The notes beneath the pieces were generated by a model that saw nothing but the letters and a program-made list of their open reading frames with translations, did no database searches and had not been told where the DNA came from. The position numbers were made by a program, and so were the translations under genes. This document shows positions 26,653 to 37,493 of a stretch of DNA of 64,000 bases, piece after piece (position 1 is the stretch's first letter; each line of letters starts with the position of its first letter). Origin of the DNA: Octopus sinensis (Eukaryota); NCBI RefSeq assembly GCF_006345805.1, contig NC_043000.1, forward strand, positions 9,176,001-9,240,000, in the 5' to 3' direction.

Positions 26653-28670
26653 AGCCGTAACTGAAGACAGCCACAGAAAGAAGAAAGGCCTCAGTATGGC
26701 CTGGATTGACTACAAAAAGGCGTTTGATAGCATCTCCCACACATGGATCCTCGAAACACTAGCCATTAACAAAGTAGCACCAACAATCATAAAATTCATA
26801 GAGCACTCTATGAATAAATGGCAAACAGTCCTACACCTCCAAACAAAAGAGGGACTCATGAAAACCAAAGACATCCCCATTAGAAGAGGAATTTTCCAGG
26901 GAGACACGCTCTCTCCACTCCTTTTCTGCTTGGCACTGTCACCTCTATCTGATATGCTAAATAGAACTGGATGCGGATATAAATGTTACGGCAAAACGAT
27001 CAGCCACCTTTATATATGGATGACCTAAAACTATACGCTGCAAATGACAAACAGCTGGAAACACTATTAAAGACAGTTCATGGATTTACCAAAGAAATAG
27101 ATATGAAATTTGGATTAGAAAAATGCGCCAAAGTAACCATGAAAAGAGGAAAACTAGTTAAGAGTAACAACATCACACTAGATAAAACCAATGAAATAAA
27201 AGAATTAGACCAAAGCCAAACTTACAAATACTTAGGAATCCATGAACTAGATAAGACACAACACACACAAATGAAAGAGAAAATAAAAAAAGAATATTAT
27301 AGACGAGTTAGATCAATACTAAAAACAGAGCTCAATGCTAAAAACAAGAAAATCGGTATCAACACTTTAGCTGTCCCAGTTATAAGTTACAGCTACAATA
27401 TCCTTAACTGGACACGAAATGAACTGTCCAAAATAGATAGGAAAACAAGAAAAATACTGACAGGATCTAGGATGTATCACCCAAAATCTGACATAGAAAG
27501 ACTATATATACAACGTATAGAAGGTGGTAGAGGCCTTATACAGCTGGAAAACTACTATAAAATAACCACCATAGGACTGCAAAAATATCTACTTCAGAAG
27601 GAAGGAAAACTGATCCAGATAGCAGCAAAACACGAGCAAAACAAAAAACTGTTCTCAGTATTTAAGGAAGCTGACAAATACAAACAAGAAATCATACCAC
27701 CTAATAACATGAAGAAGAAGAAGAAGATGATGAAGAAACAACAAAAGCTATAAAACAAATGAATTCCAAACTAAAAATAGAACAGCAACGAACCATGATA
27801 AAACGATGGCAAGAAACCCCTTCATGGTAAATACTGCACTAAACTAAACGCAAAAGAAATAGACAAAAAAAAATCCCAGCAATGGTTGAGAAGCTGAGGA
27901 CTCAAAGCAGAAACAGAGGGATTTTTAATTGCAGCACAAGACCAAAGCCTCCCCACCAGAAATTACCAAAAACATGTAATGAAAAGAAATATTACAAGTA
28001 ACTGCAGAATATGTGGAGATGGACAAGAAACAATAAATCATATTATCTCTAGCTGCCCAGTCCTGGCTAAGAAGGAATATATTCACAGACATGACAGAGT
28101 TGGAACCTACATACATTGGAAGCTATGCCAACATTATGGAATAACAACAGAAAAAAGATGGTATAGGCACACACCAGAAAAGGTCACAGAAAACGAGAAA
28201 GCAACCATACTCTGGGATATGCCGATACACACAGATAGAGAAATTAAGGCCAACAGACCAGATATAGTTGTCAGAGATCACGAAGAAAAAAATGCTTTCT
28301 AATTGATGTATCAATACCGGCAGATGACACAACGTTTCTCTAAAGAAATGGAGAAACTCTCAAAATACAAAGACCTGGAAATAGAGGTAACTAGAATGTG
28401 GAATCTGAAAACAGAAACAATTCCTATCATAGTAGGTGCATTAGGCATGATAAAAAAATATTCAGACAAATACATAACAAAAACACCAGGACTTACAAAC
28501 ACATATAACATACAGAAAATTGCACTACTAGGCACTGCACACATCCTACGCAGAACACTTTCCATACAATAACCATCAGAGCATCACAACAAATCACAGC
28601 ACATACCCAAGGCACACAGAGCTGCGCTCGGTAGTGAAGTGAAAGCACGCTATAAAAATACAACTACTGA
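26653..28670 (+). mobile_element. 5'-truncated R4/Dong-type RLE LINE (RT, CCHC finger, RLE; coding about 26655-28572, frameshifted)
   Basis: WIDYKKAFDS, GIFQGDTLSPLLF, YMDDLKLY, CRICG..ETINHIISSC, RHDRVG and RPDIVV motifs; (TAA)n on both sides. Confidence 0.93.
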
Positions 28671-28699
28671 ATAATGATAATAATAATAATAATAATATT

Positions 28700-29097
28700 A
28701 TTATTTCTACTATAGGCACAAGGTCTGAAATTTTTAGCGGAGAGATCTAGTCGATTACATCCACGCCAGTGCGTAACTGGTAATTAATTTATTAACCCCG
28801 AGAAGATGAAAGGCAAAGTCGACCTCGATGGAATGTGCACTCAAAAGTAGCGACGGGCGAAATACCTATTTCTTTACTACCCACAAGGGGCTAAACACAG
28901 AGGGGACAAACAAGGACAGACGAACGGATTAAGTCGATTACATTGACCCCAATGCGTAACTGGTGCTTAATTTATCGACCCCGAAAGGATGAAAGCAAAG
29001 TCAACCACGGCGGAATTTGAACTCAAAACGTGAAGACGGATAAAATACTGCTAAGCATTTCGTCCAGCGTGTTAGCGATTCTGCCAGCTCGCCGCTT
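28700..29097 (-). mobile_element. Dimeric family A SINE
   Basis: Head at 29097 and two bodies; shares the GCGTGGATG variant in monomer 2 with the 6468 copy. Confidence 0.85.
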
Positions 29098-29102
29098 TAA
29101 AG

Positions 29103-29188
<86 letters not shown>

Positions 29189-29243
29189 GAAATATTAAAA
29201 TTACTAAGTCTCTCTAAAAGAGATTACGGCAGCGTTACTGGAA

Positions 29244-29655
29244 ATTAATTGTTATCGCCATATTAATATGGCAATCTTATAGACATAAGACTAAAGCTGT
29301 CGTTGATTAGCTCCATGAGGCCATCGCCTTAAGCTAGCTATTTGATACACAAACTGCATCCATTATAACCTTCGAACAAGGGAGGTCAGCCGCTTCACAC
29401 TGCCAGTCAGACAGCTACAGACGCGTTTCAGGGTCTGACTACGCTACATTGACAAAGGGCAAATACCCTGAAACGCGTCTGTAGCTGTCTGACTGGCAGT
29501 GTGAAGCGGCTGACCTCCCTTGTTCGAAGGTTATAATGGATGCAGTTTGTGTATCAAATAGCTAGCTTAAGGCGATGGCCTCATGGAGCTAATCAACGAC
29601 AGCTTTAGTCTTATGTCTATAAGATTGCCATATTAATATGGCGATAACAATTAAT
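29244..29655. repeat. Perfect 191-bp inverted repeat with 30-nt spacer (inverted pLTR pair suspected)
   Basis: Arms 29244-29434 and 29465-29655 read as exact reverse complements. Confidence 0.95.
29443..29485 (+). ncRNA. Minimal type I hammerhead ribozyme, core decayed
   Basis: GCTACA-TTGACAA-AGGG(CAAATA)CCCT-GAAAC GC GTC-TGTAGC: stem I 6 bp, stem II 4 bp, palindromic ACGCGT stem III. The core differs from CTGACGA at 2 positions. Confidence 0.7.
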
Positions 29656-29709
29656 AATAATAATAATAATAATAATAATGATAATAATAATAATAATAAT
29701 AATCATTAT

Positions 29710-29920
29710 TACTGTAGGCACAAGGCCTGTAATTTGGTGGGAGGGGACCAGTCGATTACATTGACACCAGCAGTATTTCACTGTTGCTTGATTCATCGAC
29801 CCCGAAATTATGAAAGGCAAAGTCGACTTCGGCGGAATTTGAACTTAGAACGTAAAGACAGGACGAAGTGCCGCAAAGCATTTCGCCCGGCGGGCTAACC
29901 ACTCTGCCAGCTCGCCACCA
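29710..29920 (-). mobile_element. Family A SINE
   Basis: Reverse head CTGCCAGCTCGCCACC and core. Confidence 0.8.
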
Positions 29921-29954
29921 TATATGGCAATAATAATGATAATGATTTCATTTA

Positions 29955-30535
29955 TTTTCCTCAAGGGCGAAAGATGAGGGGGACAATACAAAGATAGACA
30001 TAAAGTACGGAGGTTTATATATAATGAAATGACAAAAAATGAAAGAAAAGAAGTATACACAGGATACACTGAAAAAGAAGGGACACATGCATAGCATGAA
30101 AAAGCTTTTAAAAAATGTGGCGGGAAATATGATAGAGATGTGGTCCTCCTGATACAGGAAGGCCTCTAGGGATAATCGAGGAACCCCACTCACCGAAATT
30201 TCCTTGAACCCCTAGGAGCAAATGCCCTCTCTAATTCCTTCTTTCCGACTCACAGGTCTACACTTAGAGAGTTACCACGCATTCTTGCCATTTTCGTAAC
30301 TTTCTTCCAGCTTTCAATAAGCTCACACGAGGACAGCACTTCCCTCTCTGCTCTCAATTTCCTTTTCAAGTGAAACTTGAAGAAGTCAACGAGAGCTCTA
30401 CCAAAGAGGAATGTATCTGTCCTCATACCTTTCAGCCTTGTCCACCAAACAACCTCTTTCGCCACAACCACCGGACAAGGAAAAACTGCCTTGCCGGCTG
30501 GATTGAAGGAGGGCGGCGGAGCGAGCGACACTTAA
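29955..30535 (-). pseudogene. Tx1/L1-type LINE 3' end (ORF2 C-terminus and UTR)
   Basis: AKEVVWWTR...FFKFHLKRKLRAERE..W pattern typical of Tx1-group C-termini. Confidence 0.6.
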
Positions 30536-31417
30536 TAATTTGTGTCACGTCTGGGGTTAGATGTAATTATAGTTAATGTGTTGACTGGCATTCATATTAA
30601 TCCGGTATTCTATAACGTAGTTGATTAAGATCCATTTATTTAATGAAAATTCTTGCTTATGCCGACACACATTATGATTTGTGTCGTGTCTGACGCTAGA
30701 TGCAATAATAATTAATCTTGACTAATATTCATATTAATTCGGCGTACTATAATGTAGCTCATGAAGATCAATGTTTTTTAACGAGGTTCTTTTCTGGGCA
30801 TCTTCTACCTACACTTTGTCAAGTCATTACCACACATTTCCTGTCAACAACCTTCCCGTCCTTCGACTGCTCACAATCAACAATATGTTGCCTGACGACG
30901 GGCCAAATCGAACATAAAAGTCTTGTGTTACAAAAATCTTCTATAACTTTTTTCACACTCAAGTGAGATAATTTATCTCAGAATAGTCTTTCTCATTTAA
31001 ATTGGGAACTAATTACAAGGTGTGAGTGAACATATTAATGATGCTGACGAATCGGTTGTCATTCACTGGGATGCAGACAGACAGACAAACACCAATAGGT
31101 CATAATGATTAAATATTAGTATTTGAAATATTATCGATTAGAACATTAAACAACAGTGGGATAATCACATATGAGATAAAACAAAAAATCATATCAATCG
31201 ATAATTAATATTACATTTTCCGTCAGCAACTACGGAAGACCATTCCAGAAATGTCTTACGTTTTCAAGACTTGTCACCAAGACAAAATGGTATATATGTT
31301 GGTGTGAAAAAAAGAAAAAAAGAAAGAAAAAAAATGACAGTAAATTTGGCAGGCAAATTTAATCAGTCAGTATTCCTACTACTCCGCACTCAGAGTATAG
31401 AAAATATGGTGAACAAA

Positions 31418-31809
31418 TCTCTCTATATATAAAGCTGAAGTTGTCTGTGTATGGCAGGTTTGGTAGCCTTCAACTAACACTATCTCCTCTGAGACCCTGC
31501 GGCGCAAGTTGACCAAAATTGAGAGTATGATAGAAGAAGGCCTGCTCTTCATTTCGTAGAAGAAAAAATTCAAATCGGACCCTGTTAACACCAAAAATTA
31601 TTTACATCAAAAAGGTGCTTTTATTCTATGAAAATCTCTATTTTTTACGATTTTCTAACTGTTGTGTCGCCATTTTTCGGTGTATTTCAACCAGAAAAAT
31701 GTTCACTTAAAGAGAATAACAAGCTACATAATGCAAAGTTTTTACTTTTCAAAAATTTCAATTCTAAAGGGTCGAAACAAACCCGAGCAACGCCGGGCGA
31801 TACTGCTAG
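31418..31809 (+). mobile_element. Non-autonomous Helitron-like element
   Basis: 5' TCTCTCTATATATAAAG..GTCTGTG; 3' GAGCAACGCCGGGCGATACTGCTAG. Confidence 0.65.
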
Positions 31810-32184
31810 TTATAAATAAAGTAGCAGATTAATATTGCTTTCGTCGGTTAATATAAGAGACAGCATTTGTTGAAGGCTCTTCAGCAAAGCATAGCCTGTC
31901 CGTCAGTTGCCCAGGTATAAGCTGAGCATTATTAAATATGACAAAACGCGTAGATTGTTGTTTGACGCAGTTGCCGAGGAAGAACAAAAATATTAGTCAT
32001 CGAATAATAGTTACATTTTTTTAATCGTATATATAAATATACTTCAGCTGCTTCATGTACTAATCAATAAATGTTTTCACCTACATAACTGTTTAATTAT
32101 TAGGTGGATGACGTCAAGCACAAATTTAGTCAGACAGTACACACACACACACATATATATATATACATATATACACACACATAT

Positions 32185-32550
32185 ATATTTTTTATTTGTT
32201 TCAGTCATTTGACTGCGGCCATGCTGGATCACCGCCTTTTGTCGAAAAGATTGACCTCAAGATATATTCTTTGTAATCCTAGTACTTATTCTATCGGTCT
32301 CTTAGGCCGAACCGCTAAGTTTCGGGGACGTAAACACACTAACATCAGTTGTCAAGCGATGTCGGGTGTAGAAATACACATATGCACGCACAAACAGATA
32401 AATATATACATATATACATAGTTTCCATCTATCAAATCCACTCACAAGGCTTTAGCCGGCCCGAGGCTATAGTATAAGTCGCTTGCTTAAGGTGCAACGC
32501 AGTGGGACTGAACCCGGAACCATGTGGTTGGGAATCAAACTTCTTACCAC
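32185..32550 (-). mobile_element. Family D SINE
   Basis: Tail with perfect CAGTC-AAAT-GACTG hairpin at about 32200-32215; head at about 32545. Confidence 0.85.
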
Positions 32551-32572
32551 ACACACACATTCAAGACTATTG

Positions 32573-32994
32573 GGATCTTTTCGGTTTGAACGGCAGCTTT
32601 TTCTAGCGGTGTCATATGAAATTGTCACCCATAATTATGACCCCAGAATCGATCTATTGCATTTCAATCTCTTTTAGGGTTAGGGTTAGGGTTAGGGGTG
32701 GGGGAAGGGAATCTGTTTTTCTTCACAAATGTAAATAAGCCAAATCTGTTTCTTAAACGAGGGACATATTCATACGGCACAGAATGCTTTTTAACTCAAT
32801 AGACGTCATTGATTGGTTGAAATTGCAGAAATTGAAGAAAAACAACAACAAATATCTTACAAACTATAGAATTTTCTCAATAAAGCCAAGAGAAAAAGAT
32901 GTTTTATAAACACATTCTACCAGTATAGGAAGTTTAACATTTTTTAGTTACCTAGAAATTATGTTAAAAACTGCCGTTCAAACCGAAAAGGTCC
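32573..32994. mobile_element. MITE with GG termini and 8-bp TSD (Merlin-like)
   Basis: TIR GGATCTTTTCGGTTTGAACGGCAG / CTGCCGTTCAAACCGAAAAGGTCC; TSD GACTATTG at 32565-32572 and 32995-33002. Confidence 0.85.
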
Positions 32995-33704
32995 GACTAT
33001 TGTGTTTGTCATCTCTACTTATCAATCCATTGCGTGAGTGAAGAAGAGCATGTCGATCAAAACGTGCTTACTACATAGGGAAACTGTTCGATTGATGTCG
33101 AATGTAGATGTTGTCTTACAGCAAGCCGACAAATGAACTATATACATCTGAACTGTATATAGACAAACTTAAAACTTGTGATTTGTATCGCACAACACCC
33201 AGTCTTTCTTGAATGTCGCGCAGAGCACATTCGCCATAGCAACTTCCTTCTCAAATGAAGTACGTGAGTTTCTAAGAAAATTTGGAACATGCTAACCAAT
33301 CCTAGTCTTCAAGTCAGCAACTTACCATCTTAATAAAAGAAATTAAACAATTGGGAATGTAGTCATATATAAAAATGTTATCCTAGATAACAAAATGACT
33401 AGATGGAAACGGCTGAGAAGTCTTTGATCATCGTAGATACGCTCGATCCGAGTAAGACCTTGGGCTAAACGATGACATGTCTAATCAGATTAATTATTCC
33501 AGTGTAGTAATTCTAAGAATACAGAAATACAGCAATATGTAAGATGAATATACAAATAGCTTTTTTTCCCCCGCTGAATTATAAGTATGACAATCTCTTC
33601 TGTAGATCTATAGAAACCTAAGAATGTCAATATATACTTATACATATGCGCGTGTCTGAATATGTGCGTGAGTGTGTGTGAGTGTATGTGCATGTATATG
33701 TGTG

Positions 33705-33757
<53 letters not shown>

Positions 33758-33983
33758 CATATATATACTCACACACATATATATATATATGTACATACAT
33801 ACATATATATGTGTATATATATATGTATGCACGTATATAGGATATATACACACACGCACACTCACACACACACACACACATATTAGCATTAATAATGAGA
33901 ATGGAGATTTGCACATCAGTAATTTATTTTACTCGCTCTACTCTTTTGCAGCTATTTACAGCATGACTTACTTTGTGTGCATG

Positions 33984-34030
<47 letters not shown>

Positions 34031-34241
34031 TATATATTATATATATATAATATATATATATAATTAGAGATAAAACCACTTTTAGGCAAATCAAACAGGG
34101 AAAAACATAAACCAAAACATAGAAATAAAATTAATATAATATACAAAATATATAAAATATAAAATTCAAAATTTAAATTATTTAAATTTAAAGTTAAGTT
34201 AAAAATTTAAAATTATTAATTTATATTTATAATAAATTTAT

Positions 34242-34313
<72 letters not shown>

Positions 34314-34346
34314 AAGAATGGAGTCGAACGAAGATTTTAACAAAAT

Positions 34347-34443
34347 TCCTTTACTCTCGACACATGTTTCGAAGACGGCATACTTTTAATTCCGAAGGAA
34401 TAAATGGTGCATTATGCCATCTTCTCATCAGGAAAGATAAGGA
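34347..34443 (-). ncRNA. Type I hammerhead ribozyme (intact)
   Basis: CTTTC-CTGATGA-GAAGATGGCATA..TATGCCGTCTTC-GAAAC ATGT GTC-GAGAG; all core nucleotides and stems I-III present. Confidence 0.88.
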
Positions 34444-34625
34444 GCCTCTTTCAGCCACAAGAGAACAGAAGTTTTGATGATTGCCTACATGTTGACCAAA
34501 GTGATAATAAGTGTTTTTTAAAATAATCCGTTATAAGCAATGACGTCAAAAATGGGTAGAAGGAGGAAGTAGTAAAAATAGGTAGGGGACAATATGTATG
34601 CCGTATGTACAAATGAAGACGCAAC

Positions 34626-36682
34626 CGTTGAACCCCAGACAACCAAGATTCATCTTAAAGGACCACAAACAGAACTTTCATACCAACTTTCATACCAGCA
34701 TTGCGGCTCATATGCCCTTTTAGTTCAGACATCGGTACCCTTAGTAAATACATATTAGATAAGTATATACCTATATTAATTAATAAATTAAAACTTAGCT
34801 TATGGTCCAACTCTGCTCAAGTCGTAGAGTGATTTACTTCTATTACCGATAAGGCCAACACAAAATTTATACAATTCGATATATCTAGTTTCTACCCTTC
34901 AATCAACCCTAGTGTACTTAATAAGGCCCTATGGCACGCACACAATAAGGCAGGCCTCTCAAGGGATGAAATTGATGTGATATTGGCAGCTAGAAAATAT
35001 TTCATACAGTTCGATAGCAAGTTGTGGGTCCGCAGGGATACCCCCAACGCGTTTGATGTACTAATGGGAAGTACAGACAGCGCCCAGATAGCCGATTTGG
35101 TCGGAATTTATATTCTCTATGAAATGGCCGACCAATTCCCGGACATCTGTGGGGGTCTTTATCGCGACGATTGTCTGCTTTACCTCCAGAATGCTTCGAA
35201 CCAAAAAATACAGAAGATTAAGAACAGATTAGTTAGGTTTTTAGTAGAATGGGCTTGAGCATAGTTTTTGACGATGAGTTAACTAAAGCCAACTTCTTAG
35301 ACATTACCCTCAATCTGCAGAATACTCATACTTCCCTTATCATAAACCTTCTACTAATCTTAAGTATATCAGCATTTTCAGTAATCATGCCAAGCCAATT
35401 ACCGATAATTTAGTTAAAAACATTTCTCTGAGACTGTCAAAATTATCTGCTAATGTCGACATCTTTAACCAAAAAGCGGAATTCTATAACGCCGCCTTGT
35501 CAAAAGCCGGTTATAAGGAAAAAGTATCATACATCGACCCAGCTCATTCTAAACCAACACATGCTTCTCAAGATAGGAAAACCACTCGTAATAAAAATAA
35601 TGATTTCAATTATAATAGTGCCAGCACCCCTGTACATAATGTAAATCCTTTACGGACTAGGGGAGGTAAGCGCCACCCAACTCCAAATTTCCAACACAGA
35701 AATTTTCCCCTTACTGTCACAAATAACACTAGGAACAATTCTAAGTCTACAAAAAACTGTATCTGGTTTGTAATACCTTTCGGAAAACAAATCAAATCGA
35801 ACCTTCCCTTGCAGTTCCGTGAAGCCATTGCTAGGAACTTTCCCAGTAATTCTAGATATCATTCTATTATCAATTCACACAAGGTAAGAATAGCATTCTC
35901 TAACACTAGGAATCTTTCGCAAATTATTGCTTCCCATAATAACAAGCTGCTAAACAAAGATTCTTCACCCGGGGGTTCCAACACTAATCTTACTAATTCC
36001 AACCCAATCATAATAATAGAAATAGTATTGATAGTAACAGCATTCGTAGCAGCGTTAGTGTTAGCAATGATAATATTAATAAAAGTATTAGTCGGGTTGA
36101 TAACAACGGTAATGTTGATGGTAACAACAACAACGGTTCTATTGTCGGGGATATAACTGGTTGTAGTGCAATTAATAATAATAATAATAATAGGAATAGT
36201 GTAGTTGTTAACGCTAGTAGTAATAAAAACAACAATCATAACAATAATAACTCTGTCTCGATCTCGGGCGAAAACCCTAACAGATTAAAATTTTTGTCCA
36301 GTAATTCCAAAATTAAGAATTCCATTTACCAGTGTAGAATTTCTTCCGGTACCGATGTCTTCTTCTATATAGGTGCGACAACTTCTCAGTTATCCAAGAG
36401 AATTTCCAATCATTATTCGACTTTCCGAGATAAGAAAAAACGACATAGTACAGGACTGAGTAAATTAGTTTGGCGTCTTAAAGACAACAATATAACTTTC
36501 AAGTTGGATTGGTTTATATTGTCTGTATCCTTTCCTTTTGATAAGGGCAGAAAATTTTGTAACATTTGTAATTCTGAACTCTTCTATATCCTTTTGCCAA
36601 GGTTCCCCTAGTAAACACACTCATAGAAAAATCGTAGAAATGTAAGCATTGGCAAAAACACACTTACCACTCATATAAATGA
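34626..36682 (+). pseudogene. Naiad-type RT + GIY-YIG ORF, disrupted
   Basis: ILKDHKQNF, LRLICP, FIQFDISSFYPSI, FDVLMGSTDSAQIADLVG, GLYRDD, IWF..PF, IYQC..YIGAT and C..C..E motifs; several frameshifts and stops. Confidence 0.9.
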
Positions 36683-37197
36683 TATAGATAACCACTGTAG
36701 TTTTAACAATTAGCTTCACGCCCACACCACTGCCATAGACAAATTCTTTCCTATGCCTTCGAACTTTCTTTCTGCTCCGTTATATGTTCCATTGGTACTA
36801 AATATCTTTGACGTATGTTTATATCTCTATATCTCTCTCTCTTTATAACACGCACAAACACAGACACAAATTTTACACCTTACTACTAAGTATATTTGAC
36901 GTTTGTATCCCTTACACACACAATAACACATACACACACACAGACACAAATGCAGTTATATACACACACTCATACACATACACAAACACTCGCACTCATT
37001 AACACAAGCACACACCCGCACATCCCCGTACATACGGCATACATATTGTCCCCTACCTATTTTTACTACTTCCTCCTTCTACCCATTTTTGACGTCATTG
37101 CTTATAACAGATTATTTTAAAAAAAACACTCATTATCACTTTGGTCACCATGTAGGCAATCATCAAAAATTCTGTTCGTCTTGTGGCTGAAAGAGGC

Positions 37198-37295
37198 TCC
37201 TTATCTTTCCTGATGAAAAGATGGCATAATGCACCATTTATTCCTTCGGAATTAAAAGTATGCCGTCTACGAAACATGTGTCGAGAGTAAAGGAA
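37198..37295 (+). ncRNA. Hammerhead ribozyme, 3' pLTR copy (stem II base broken)
   Basis: CTGATGA at 37210, GAAA at 37271, GTC at 37280-37282; two substitutions at the base of stem II relative to the 34.4-kb copy. Confidence 0.75.
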
Positions 37296-37493
37296 TTTTG
37301 TTAAAATCTTCGTTCGACTCCATTCTTTCATTTATTTATATAAAAAACACAAATTTCCACACAAGAACCCGGAGTTTCTACTCTTGACAGGTCACTTCAA
37401 CCGTGTTTTCTGACGTGAATTTGCTACCCAGGTATCGGTTAAACGAATTTTCCATGCTAAGATAATTCATTCACCTACTTAAATATATATATA

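Larger units (their letters stand above)
34312..37490 (+). mobile_element. Penelope-like element (Naiad-type), 5'-truncated, with inverted 5' pLTR
   Basis: 34312-34610 is the reverse complement of about 37027-37330; RT and GIY-YIG coding sequence lies between; (TA)n flanks. Confidence 0.92.

Noticed and set aside
25150-30535. The two Tx1-type fragments as one twin-primed (inverted) insertion
   Set aside because: The + fragment lies on the 3' side of the - strand fragment, the wrong side for twin priming.
32674-32697. Telomere or chromosome-fusion scar
   Set aside because: Only four TTAGGG units, located inside a TSD-bounded MITE.
34830-34832. In-frame TGA codons in Naiad-type ORFs (also 63318-63320 and 45748-45750) as selenocysteine, since some Naiads encode selenoproteins
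   Set aside because: They align to conserved Trp (VVEWF) or Arg positions (FRCPH, LNSRSE), i.e. TGG or CGA to TGA mutations, not Cys sites. I recognised no convincing SECIS.
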